A stretch of DNA of 64,000 bases from IMG/VR virus record IMGVR_UViG_3300033069_001247, positions 1 through 64,000 of that record; one strand, given 5' to 3'. The notes beneath the pieces were generated by a model. That model worked only from the letters and a program-made list of their open reading frames with translations. It had not been told where the DNA came from and searched no databases. Shown one piece after another: positions 25,887-34,361 of this stretch (position 1 is its first letter; every line of letters starts with the position of its first letter). Source of the stretch: a virus (taxonomy: Duplodnaviria; Caudoviricetes). The translations under genes were made by a program, and so were the position numbers.

Positions 25887-28800
25887 ATGCTCAATACGAC
25901 ATTGGGACAGTTGATGGTCAACCAGGCTTTACCTGCGGAATTACAAGACCATCAACGTGTCTTGGATAAGAAGGGGATCAAGGCACTGCTGCAGCAGGTC
26001 GCCGATAAACACCCAGACAAGTACAGAGAAATTGCCAAAAGACTTTCTGATATCGGACGTGATGCAGCATTTACGACCGGCGGGTATTCTTTCGGACTGG
26101 GTTCGCTGCGACAATCTGTGGCCGCCCGTAAGATGCGACATGAACTGACATCCAAGCTGCAGGAGATTTACGCATCTCAAGAGCCGGACGATGTCAAAGA
26201 ACAAAAAATCCTGATGACAGTGGGCGGATATCAGAAGCAACTGTCGCAGGATGTAATGAAAGAATCACTCGATGTCCGCAACCCGCTGGCCCTGCAAGTC
26301 TTATCCGGTGCGCGGGGTAATCACACGAATCTGAACTCGCTTCGCGGTGCCGACCTGCTGTACACCGACCATCGTGGTCGAGCAATGCCGATTCCGGTCA
26401 CCCGTAGCTATTCCATGGGGCTCCGCCCGTACGAATACTTTGCGGGTGCCTTCGGTGCCCGCAAAGGTGTGATCGATTTGAAATGCCTTGGTGGTGATAC
26501 ACCAGTGGTTATGGCAGATTGGTCAGTTAAAAAAATCTGCGATATCAAGCAAGGTGATTACGTGATGGGTTCGGATACAGCTGGACGTCTGCGACCTGTC
26601 AAAGTACTCAATGTTTTCGATAACGGAAAACGTGAATGTTACAATTGGCGTTTTCGTGTTGGATCATGTCGCAAACGATTTGCTGATGTTGTGGCAACTG
26701 CTGACCACAAAATTCTCGCACAGGTTCGTGCTGGTCGACCTGGATCAACATATGCGTATCGCTCAAGCTATACGCCGTTGCCCTTGCCGTTACATACCGC
26801 AAAATTGCAAAAGAAGGCAACCAAAAATGCATTCGTGGCGTGGCCGGCTCGCGGAGAAGTCAATTCCGAAAACGGTATTGCGGAGCCGCGAGCGATGCTG
26901 CTTGGGTTGCTACTTGGTGACGGTTACACACCGGAGAAAACAGGCCATACATTGTCATGCGCTGATCAGTGTTTGATTGACGACACTGCTACGTACCTCG
27001 CATCATTGAATCTGAAACTGAATCCTCCAAAAGATGGGTACAGTCATCGACTTGTTGAGATCGTTAGATCAAAACAAAAAATGGAAGTCCGTAACAACAG
27101 AAACACATTTGCCGGGACGGGTAATCCGGTGCGACAATGGTTGCACGATGTCGGATGTACCGGAAAACTTGCACACGAAAAACAATTGCCAGCTGTCGTT
27201 TGGCAGTGGAATCGTGACTCCATCTGTCAGCTGATTGGTGGGTTGATCGCAACAGACGGCACAATTGAAGTGCGAAATGATGGTTGTACTGTCAAATTCA
27301 AATTGACAAGTCTGCAAATTGTTTCACAGGTTCAACGACTGTTGGAGTTGCGGTTGGGTATCTGGTGTACACCAATACGTCGTATTCCTGTTGAGACAAT
27401 ACCGCTAGGTAACTATGACCAGTGGGAGATTACGTTCTCACACCCAGAGGCCATTCGTCGTTTTATTGACTTGGTGTATGTGCCAGGTATCAAACATCAC
27501 CAGTTGCAAGAAGGGTTGCGGAAACTGTCTGCTGAACCGCGTAGTGCAGAGATTGGGTTTAAGATTCAATCACGCGAAGCTGTAGGTATGATTCAAACAT
27601 ACGACATTGAAGTTGATCATCCTGACCATCTCTTCTTATTAGAGAATGGTCTTGTCGTATCAAACTCGGCAACACAGGACGCCGGTTTCTTTGCTAAACA
27701 GCTGGTGCAGGCTGCACATCGATTGTTGGTGTCACAGATTGATGACGAACGCGAGTATGATCATTCAAACCCGCGTGGTTACCCAGTCGATACAGGGGAT
27801 AATGATACCGAAGGTGCATTACTGGCTCATCCTATTGGTGGTTACAAACGCAATACTGTGCTCACGCCAAAGATCCTGAAAGAATTGCGGGCCAATGGTA
27901 TGCGTGAAATTCTGGTGCGTAGTCCTACCGTCGGCGGGCCTGCCGATGGTGGTGTTTACGCACGTGATGTTGGCGTCCGTGAACGTGGTGGTATCGCACC
28001 TCTCGGTGATTATGTCGGCGTCGCAGGGGCGCAGGCTTTAGCTGAGCCAGTTACCCAAAGTCAAATTTCAAGTAAGCATAGCGGCGGAGTGGTCGGTGCG
28101 TCTGCTGGGGCTATTTCTGGGTTCAAGTACATCAATCAGCTGGTGCAGTCCCCCAAGGTGTTTCAGGGCGGGGCCGTGCATTCACAGAAAGACGGTCGCA
28201 TCACCAACGTACGACCGGCCCCGCAGGGCGGCACCTATGTCACTGTGGAAAATGAGGACCATTACATCCCACACGGTATTCAGATCCAGGTCAAACGTGG
28301 CGACACGATCGAAGCTGGTGACGTACTGACGGAAGGGACACCGCAACCGGCGGAGATCGCCAAACACAAGGGTGTAGGTGAAGCCCGGTACTACTTCACC
28401 AATACTTTTCGAAAGGCCCTTACCGATTCGGGCACATACGGGAACCGCCGGAATATCGAACTACTGGCCCGAGGGTTGATCAACCATGTGCGGCTGACGG
28501 ACGAGGTCGGTGACGGGATCCCTGGTGACGTTGTACCATACCAGTTACTGGAATCACGATGGCAGCCCAGGGAAGGCCACACGATCAATGCACCAGAACG
28601 GGCAGTCGGTCAGTATCTGGAACGCCCCGTGCTGCATTACACTGTTGGTACGCGTGTGCGACCGTCTATGCTGTCGAAGTTCAAGCAGTACGGCGTAGCC
28701 AATCTGGCTGTACATAAAGACCCACCACCGTTCGAACCCGAGATGATTCGTGGAATGGCGAACGCAGCTAACGATCCCGACTGGATGACAAGGATGCTTG

Positions 28801-28949
28801 GCAGCTATCAGAAGAACAGTATTCTGGATGCTGCACACAACGGCGCAGTCTCTGACGAAGCAGGTAGCAGCTTTGTTCCAGCGCTGGCCCGCGGCGTGGA
28901 TTTCGGGCGTGTTGGACTAACCAAAGGATGGAAGCCGCAGACACCGTAA
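25887..28949 (+). CDS. rpoC: Phage RNA polymerase beta' C-terminal (RpoC2-like) subunit with intein
   Basis: SGARGN, FGARKGVIDLK|SATQDAGF (bridge helix), VRSP, GVAGAQALAEPVTQSQISSKHSGG (trigger loop), VKRGDTIEAGDVLTEG, RRNIELLARG. Confidence 0.92.
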   Translation: MLNTTLGQLMVNQALPAELQDHQRVLDKKGIKALLQQVADKHPDKYREIAKRLSDIGRDAAFTTGGYSFGLGSLRQSVAARKMRHELTSKLQEIYASQEPDDVKEQKILMTVGGYQKQLSQDVMKESLDVRNPLALQVLSGARGNHTNLNSLRGADLLYTDHRGRAMPIPVTRSYSMGLRPYEYFAGAFGARKGVIDLKCLGGDTPVVMADWSVKKICDIKQGDYVMGSDTAGRLRPVKVLNVFDNGKRECYNWRFRVGSCRKRFADVVATADHKILAQVRAGRPGSTYAYRSSYTPLPLPLHTAKLQKKATKNAFVAWPARGEVNSENGIAEPRAMLLGLLLGDGYTPEKTGHTLSCADQCLIDDTATYLASLNLKLNPPKDGYSHRLVEIVRSKQKMEVRNNRNTFAGTGNPVRQWLHDVGCTGKLAHEKQLPAVVWQWNRDSICQLIGGLIATDGTIEVRNDGCTVKFKLTSLQIVSQVQRLLELRLGIWCTPIRRIPVETIPLGNYDQWEITFSHPEAIRRFIDLVYVPGIKHHQLQEGLRKLSAEPRSAEIGFKIQSREAVGMIQTYDIEVDHPDHLFLLENGLVVSNSATQDAGFFAKQLVQAAHRLLVSQIDDEREYDHSNPRGYPVDTGDNDTEGALLAHPIGGYKRNTVLTPKILKELRANGMREILVRSPTVGGPADGGVYARDVGVRERGGIAPLGDYVGVAGAQALAEPVTQSQISSKHSGGVVGASAGAISGFKYINQLVQSPKVFQGGAVHSQKDGRITNVRPAPQGGTYVTVENEDHYIPHGIQIQVKRGDTIEAGDVLTEGTPQPAEIAKHKGVGEARYYFTNTFRKALTDSGTYGNRRNIELLARGLINHVRLTDEVGDGIPGDVVPYQLLESRWQPREGHTINAPERAVGQYLERPVLHYTVGTRVRPSMLSKFKQYGVANLAVHKDPPPFEPEMIRGMANAANDPDWMTRMLGSYQKNSILDAAHNGAVSDEAGSSFVPALARGVDFGRVGLTKGWKPQTP
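26484..27665 (+). mobile_element. Intein 3 with LAGLIDADG endonuclease (394 aa) in the beta' bridge helix
   Basis: Starts CLGGDTPV, ends HLFLLENGLVVSN, +1 Ser; blocks LLGLLLGDG and LIGGLIATDG. Confidence 0.93.
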
Positions 28950-29020
28950 GAGTCGTTAGTCTCGCGTTCACACGGCAGCTAAGCTAACCTGTGGATAGCC
29001 ATAACGGCGCAGACGACCTG

Positions 29021-29030
29021 ACATGGAGGT
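29021..29030 (+). promoter_or_regulatory. RBS with ACATGGAGGT (CsrA/Rsm consensus match)
   Basis: The same 10-mer occurs at 39707 and 41930; 7 nt before ATG 29038. Confidence 0.5.
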
Positions 29031-29037
29031 TATTCGG

Positions 29038-31515
29038 ATGCTCACAGCACTACCCGCCGGTAAGGCATACTGGTTGGATATTTGCCGCAGTTACTCAGAC
29101 CGTGACTGGCTGACGAAGTCTGCGTCCCTGGGCGGCGACGGTCAAGACACGTCATTCGAACAAGCATTCAGTAACCTGGCCCACGCCTATTTACGGGACA
29201 AGGCCCCAACACTCCTCGATCACGAGCTGGGTTTCCAGCTGATCGATCGGAACCAGGAAAACACCAAGGCCATTGGTGTCTTTGCATTCAAGGTAGGCAG
29301 CCAGCGGCTGTTCGCCCCGGTATTCTTCCTGCGAGGCGAACTCAAGGGGCACGAGCTGCTGTACCTGCGTAATCAAGACGCGTTCGTACCGCTCAAGGAA
29401 AACCGGATCAATGATATTCTGAACCGGAAGCCAAACATTCTGGGTAACGGGGTGGCCCGGCAAACATCGCAACTTGGTGTTCGCTTCCCGGATTTGAACC
29501 GCATATCACAGTCGCCCAGCAAGATGGCGTCTGACCGGTTCAGTCAGAGCGTTCAGCCGTTTTTGCCTGTGATGGCTCACCTGGCAACGCAGGACATGCA
29601 GGAATCGATTTCTGAGTTCCAGAAACACTGCAGTGAGCGATTAAACCTGGCACACTTCATGAAGCAGGCGTCACTGCCAGCGCTGGAAGCCGTTGTGGAC
29701 CTTATGCACCGCAAACCAGCGATCGGGGAAGCCTTTGATCGTTGGTACGGAATGAGCGTCATCAGCGACGCCATCAAGGAAGCCTCTGCGCGGTTGTCGA
29801 TGCACTCGATCACCGACAACCCGTACGTCGCGGTAAATAGGAACCAACCCATCTGGGGGTCATTGCTGTCGCACCTGGAGAAGACAGCCGCTGATGACGA
29901 CAATGGGCCAGATTACCAGCAGAAACTGGAGATCATCACTCCAGAGAGTACGCGGGTGCAGGGTTCTATCATTGCCCTCACGGAAGACGACCAAGAGAAG
30001 CTGCTGAACGACAACGTCTTGATCAAGGACCATCGCAAGGGTGATGAGGTCTCTGTACCTGTCAACCTGCAGGTCGAGGAGAAGTTGTCGAATCCAACAG
30101 ACACCGGCATCTACCAGATGCTGTGCAAGTCGAATGACTTTGAGAAGTGTCTGGTGGTGACGAACCCACACGGACCAAACGGACGCAAAAACGTCAGTAC
30201 CGTTGTGCGGTTGGACGACTCACAACGGAACTGGGCCAACTTCACCCCGCAAGGGATTTTCACGTTGGGTCAGGACGAAAGCCTGCTCGGCGGCGAAGAG
30301 TCGTGGCGGGAATGGTTCGACAGCCTGCCGGACATCACCACCATCTCGGATACGTCCAACGGTGTTTACATGGCGGTTGGCCCACGCCGAAACGCCACGT
30401 TGCCGTTTACGGTGCGTCGTAAGATCGGCACCAACGGCGATACCAAGACCTACGAAGTCCGGTTCTTCTCCGACACAACAGACTCTCAGCCATTCGGTGT
30501 CTCGCGGTCCATGGACAGCTACTCGAATTACGACAGCTGGCGGGATGGTGAACGGCTACACCTGGATGCCAAGATCGGAACGCAGATCCGGTCAGCTGCA
30601 GGTGACGTGTACCTGCCTGTGGGTTACAAGCTGCTGAAGCTAACTGCCACCAAAAAGGTCAGTGACGGGGATGACGACGGTCCGGACATGGAGTGCTCTT
30701 GCAGCGAGACGCTGCCTATCACCCCTGGTAACCTGCTGGACGCCCGGCGGATGCTGCTGGAGAAGACAGCAGCGCTGAAGGTGACACATGATGGCGTGCG
30801 TTACCACATCAACGAGCGTGATAACCTGACCCCTGTGAACTCGTTGATCCATTTGGTCCGTGATCATGGTCTGACTGAAGCGGATAGCCGCTTCATCCTG
30901 AAAGAGGCTGCGGCCCAGAGTCACAAGGGCTCCTCGTTTAGTTGTCGGGTGAAATACGCCAATCCATTCTTGTCGCAGGGTGGGCCGACGGCACCAGGCT
31001 TCAACGATGATGCTGCGATGAACGGCTTTAACCCTATGGGTTTTGCGGGGCAGTCGCAGCAAGGTTACGAACAGGATCTGCCTGTTCCGGATATGTCCGG
31101 ACGTAACACTGACCCCAATATCTACAACGTCAATCCGGCCAACATGCCGGAGCCGATGGACGCCAACGGTGTCAATCGAGCAATCCAGTCAGGTCAACGT
31201 GAGGTATTTGATGTTTCCATGATCGGCTCTATGCTACGGGCCGTGCGTGACGACACGATGATTGATCGTTACCTGCCTGACCTGCTGAAGGCAGTGGACC
31301 GTCTTGGGCGTATCCTGTTCCAGTTCTACTGGCACCAGGATAAGTTTGCAGAACGGTACGGTAAGCAGGACATGCCTGAGTTGGAAGACTCGCTGCGTAA
31401 CGCCTTCGAGATGCTCGATGACGTTGAACTGTTCCTGCAACAGAAGACGATTCAGCCGTACCCGGAAGAAGATGTCCGTGACATCGATCTCGCCAACTCG
31501 GACGACCATAATTAA
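29038..31515 (+). CDS. Large KxA-rich head-module protein (unknown function)
   Basis: 825 aa; TKSAS, SKMAS, MKQAS, IKEAS, EKTAA x2, LKEAA, VKYAN; the ATG at 29023 lies within the RBS, so 29038 is preferred. Confidence 0.65.
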   Translation: MLTALPAGKAYWLDICRSYSDRDWLTKSASLGGDGQDTSFEQAFSNLAHAYLRDKAPTLLDHELGFQLIDRNQENTKAIGVFAFKVGSQRLFAPVFFLRGELKGHELLYLRNQDAFVPLKENRINDILNRKPNILGNGVARQTSQLGVRFPDLNRISQSPSKMASDRFSQSVQPFLPVMAHLATQDMQESISEFQKHCSERLNLAHFMKQASLPALEAVVDLMHRKPAIGEAFDRWYGMSVISDAIKEASARLSMHSITDNPYVAVNRNQPIWGSLLSHLEKTAADDDNGPDYQQKLEIITPESTRVQGSIIALTEDDQEKLLNDNVLIKDHRKGDEVSVPVNLQVEEKLSNPTDTGIYQMLCKSNDFEKCLVVTNPHGPNGRKNVSTVVRLDDSQRNWANFTPQGIFTLGQDESLLGGEESWREWFDSLPDITTISDTSNGVYMAVGPRRNATLPFTVRRKIGTNGDTKTYEVRFFSDTTDSQPFGVSRSMDSYSNYDSWRDGERLHLDAKIGTQIRSAAGDVYLPVGYKLLKLTATKKVSDGDDDGPDMECSCSETLPITPGNLLDARRMLLEKTAALKVTHDGVRYHINERDNLTPVNSLIHLVRDHGLTEADSRFILKEAAAQSHKGSSFSCRVKYANPFLSQGGPTAPGFNDDAAMNGFNPMGFAGQSQQGYEQDLPVPDMSGRNTDPNIYNVNPANMPEPMDANGVNRAIQSGQREVFDVSMIGSMLRAVRDDTMIDRYLPDLLKAVDRLGRILFQFYWHQDKFAERYGKQDMPELEDSLRNAFEMLDDVELFLQQKTIQPYPEEDVRDIDLANSDDHN

Positions 31516-31527
31516 GCGGAGTGACTC

Positions 31528-31953
31528 ATGAGCAAGCCTTGGAGCTATGGTCCAAAGCAGTTTACGATCCCGGCTGGTGCAGCCTCTGTGATCCAGCTGG
31601 ACGTGCCGCACCGTGCGGTATTGCGACGGTTGGGTATCCGCACCACTGTGGACAGTATCACTGGACCGTTCGAGATCTACACCAGCGAGGACGCTGCATT
31701 GGCTGCGAAGGCCAGCGGCGTTACAGCGACGACCTCGTACAGAGGAATGGTTGTCCCGGCTGCCAGTTTCGTGATGCACAGCGGAGCACTGGTTGGCGGT
31801 GTTTACTCCAGTGCATTGGATGTCCCGTACGAAAATGCCGATGGTTCGCCGTCAAATTGCATCCAACGGTTGTGGTTGCGAATCGTGCCGTCTGGTACGG
31901 GTAACCTGACGTTCACAATCAACATGACGATGCAAACACCGTCCATGATGTAA
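31528..31953 (+). CDS. Hypothetical beta-rich protein
   Basis: 141 aa, co-oriented, GGAG upstream. Confidence 0.6.
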   Translation: MSKPWSYGPKQFTIPAGAASVIQLDVPHRAVLRRLGIRTTVDSITGPFEIYTSEDAALAAKASGVTATTSYRGMVVPAASFVMHSGALVGGVYSSALDVPYENADGSPSNCIQRLWLRIVPSGTGNLTFTINMTMQTPSMM

Positions 31954-31986
31954 TTGACAGTCGGTCTCCAGTGAAGCGAGCAGAGC

Positions 31987-32982
31987 ATGTCGTTGTTGAC
32001 CTCCGCAAGTAACCCGTTCCGCCCGGCAGACTGGAGGTGGCAACGAGCCCAAGCGATTGCAGACAGGTCCCGGGACAGTATGCCACCATCACGACAACGT
32101 GATGGTGTGGAGAGCTTCAAGTGGATCACAACGGCTGTTCGTTTTCTGCGAGAGTTCAACAACGCCCGTACTGATGTCGCTAAAGAACTACTCTCTGTCC
32201 GTCGCCCCGGGATATTCTGGGCACACCACATCTGGACACAGACCAGCAACCCGCTGCGATACAGCATCGAAGCCCAGATCCTAGCCCGTTGTGATAATCA
32301 TCTCATCGGGTACAAATGCAATGTGCATCCGGATGTCATCGCCAACTACGAGGCTTTGTTCTTCAATGTCCGGGAGAAGTTGCAACACCGCAGTTACATC
32401 CTGAATGTCGTGATGGGGCCTGCCGTCCATCAGGGTTTGTCAGAACGGGACTACGGGTTGTTGTGGAAGCTGTACGGTTACTTCCTGGGACCGCACGTTG
32501 TTGATGCGCTGGAAGGAAAGTTCGTCAATCCGGTCTGGTGTAACTCTGCGGCAGGTGTCGGTGCCGCCATCATGGACGACTCAGTGGCAACGCTGAAGTT
32601 CAAAGCAGCCCTGGCCTCGAAGACAGTGCCCGTCAACCAATACACGCAGTTGCAGATCCTGGACGCATTCACAAAGTTCGTGGAGATCGAACGCAACACA
32701 GACAGCGCAGGCAAGGCGCAAGACCAGATTCTGGACCACATCTCGGCCATGATGACGACGCTGCCGTTCAGTGTCGGTGGTCGAGCTGCAGAAAAACTGG
32801 TACAACGTGATGTACAGCCGATTGAAGTTTTCGAACGTACTGCATTGGAACTGACGTTCGAAGAGACGCTTCGTATGTCGGCTTACCAGCCGATTGCTCA
32901 CAAGCAGATTCTGGAATCGCTACAGTTTCCCGCACTTCCAGCACCGACACTGTCGCCGACGCCACAGACCAGGGAGGGTTAG
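31987..32982 (+). CDS. Hypothetical protein, possible HTH-like region
   Basis: NPFRPADWRWQRA and IEAQILAR...VIANYEALFFNV segments; no clear function. Confidence 0.55.
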   Translation: MSLLTSASNPFRPADWRWQRAQAIADRSRDSMPPSRQRDGVESFKWITTAVRFLREFNNARTDVAKELLSVRRPGIFWAHHIWTQTSNPLRYSIEAQILARCDNHLIGYKCNVHPDVIANYEALFFNVREKLQHRSYILNVVMGPAVHQGLSERDYGLLWKLYGYFLGPHVVDALEGKFVNPVWCNSAAGVGAAIMDDSVATLKFKAALASKTVPVNQYTQLQILDAFTKFVEIERNTDSAGKAQDQILDHISAMMTTLPFSVGGRAAEKLVQRDVQPIEVFERTALELTFEETLRMSAYQPIAHKQILESLQFPALPAPTLSPTPQTREG

Positions 32983-32987
32983 TCAGC

Positions 32988-34361
32988 ATGCCCAGTATCA
33001 CTCCAGCCACCGAGCAGCGGCTGTTGTCTGTCATTGAGAAGACTGCGGCGTTGGTGAACGAAGGACTTGCACCAAACGACGCGATTGTTAAAGCCGCATC
33101 GTCTGCCGATATCCGACCCACCGAGATCCCGTTGATTGTGCATGCGTACAACACCGGGGCCACCAATCGGCATCGGCAGGATAGCAACGACCCGTTTCAC
33201 AAAGCGGCGTCTTTCGAGTTGGCCGATTCAGAACGTATCCTGGAAGCGTTGTACCCGACAAACGTCAAGACGGCGGCAGTGATCGAACAGGAGACAGCTG
33301 TCTCTGACGAATACGCTCACAGTCCGTTACACCTTGTCGCCCGGCGGGACATGCAGCTCAAGTTGGCCGCCGCAAAGGTGGACTGGCGCAACTTCAATGG
33401 CGAAGAGATCAAAGCCCCTGCTCCGCTGCCTGTCGACGAAGGGTTTCGACAGAAGAAGGCATTTGATCAGCTGTCTCGGGCGTGTGACGCTGCTTCAGAG
33501 ACTCGTCGCAAGGTCGCGGCCGCGCAGATGCAGGCTGCCGACCTGTACGACAGCCTCCTGGGTTACTTCCGGCAGACAGACGCTTACCCGATGCACGTGG
33601 TGAAGGAAGCGGCGGTACTACTGCATGGTCGACCAGGTGAAGTGCTGTTCGATCAGATTGCCGCCACGATGCCGCAGCTCGTGAAACTGGCCAGCAGCAA
33701 TGTCGGGGCCAGCACGGTGACTGTGCATGATCTGGACTGCACGCAGCACCCATTCACGCTCATCAACAAGTTCCTGCAGAAAGTCGCAGAATACACTGAC
33801 CTGGTTGCACAGGATGCACAGTCGCAAGCTGCTTACGAAAAGCAAGCTGCGGAGACCCGCCACCCTTTTCCCGTGTCCGCGAGCCGATCGATCTTGGATA
33901 TCTCCAACTCGGCTGACTCGCGGACCAAGCAGGCAGAATTCGGTGACCCCGTGAAAATGTTGGGGGCCTACTCCATTATGAAGAACACGCTGGGTCCTGC
34001 TGTGCAGAAGCTAAAAGGTCCTGACGACGATACACGTCTGCAGCAGGCCGTTAGCCAGCTCAACGACCCACAGCACGAACTGAAGATGCGAGAGATCAAC
34101 ACGCACGCCATGCTGTCAGATCTGCTGACGAATGACCCGGTGGTGTCTGGCTACAGCAGCCCCGAGGTGATGGAAGCATTCAACCACATCTCGCAGCTTG
34201 CACCGTCGGTATCTGACAACCGCTTGATCATGCAAGGTGCTTTGCGAAAGTATCTGCAGCAAGGTGTGCTGGATCCATTCGACCAGAGCCAACTGCTTGA
34301 TTTTGAAACCCGTCGCCGCAACCAAACTCAACTCGGGGCTGGCCATGCCAATTACGCTTGA
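32988..34361 (+). CDS. KxA-rich helical head-module protein (putative core/internal protein)
   Basis: About 12 K-x-A motifs counted by eye in 457 aa (EKTAA, VKAAS, HKAAS, VKTAA, LKLAA, VKEAA, VKLAS, EKQAA...). Confidence 0.65.
   Translation: MPSITPATEQRLLSVIEKTAALVNEGLAPNDAIVKAASSADIRPTEIPLIVHAYNTGATNRHRQDSNDPFHKAASFELADSERILEALYPTNVKTAAVIEQETAVSDEYAHSPLHLVARRDMQLKLAAAKVDWRNFNGEEIKAPAPLPVDEGFRQKKAFDQLSRACDAASETRRKVAAAQMQAADLYDSLLGYFRQTDAYPMHVVKEAAVLLHGRPGEVLFDQIAATMPQLVKLASSNVGASTVTVHDLDCTQHPFTLINKFLQKVAEYTDLVAQDAQSQAAYEKQAAETRHPFPVSASRSILDISNSADSRTKQAEFGDPVKMLGAYSIMKNTLGPAVQKLKGPDDDTRLQQAVSQLNDPQHELKMREINTHAMLSDLLTNDPVVSGYSSPEVMEAFNHISQLAPSVSDNRLIMQGALRKYLQQGVLDPFDQSQLLDFETRRRNQTQLGAGHANYA

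Noticed and set aside
18945-27665. Group I/II introns in the RNAP genes
   Set aside because: The insertions keep the reading frame open and have Cys...Asn/+1 Ser-or-Cys intein termini, so they are inteins.
17664-28949. Cellular rpoBC operon / bacterial chromosome
   Set aside because: No flanking ribosomal-protein or nusG genes, invariant residues diverged, and surrounded by capsid and tail genes.
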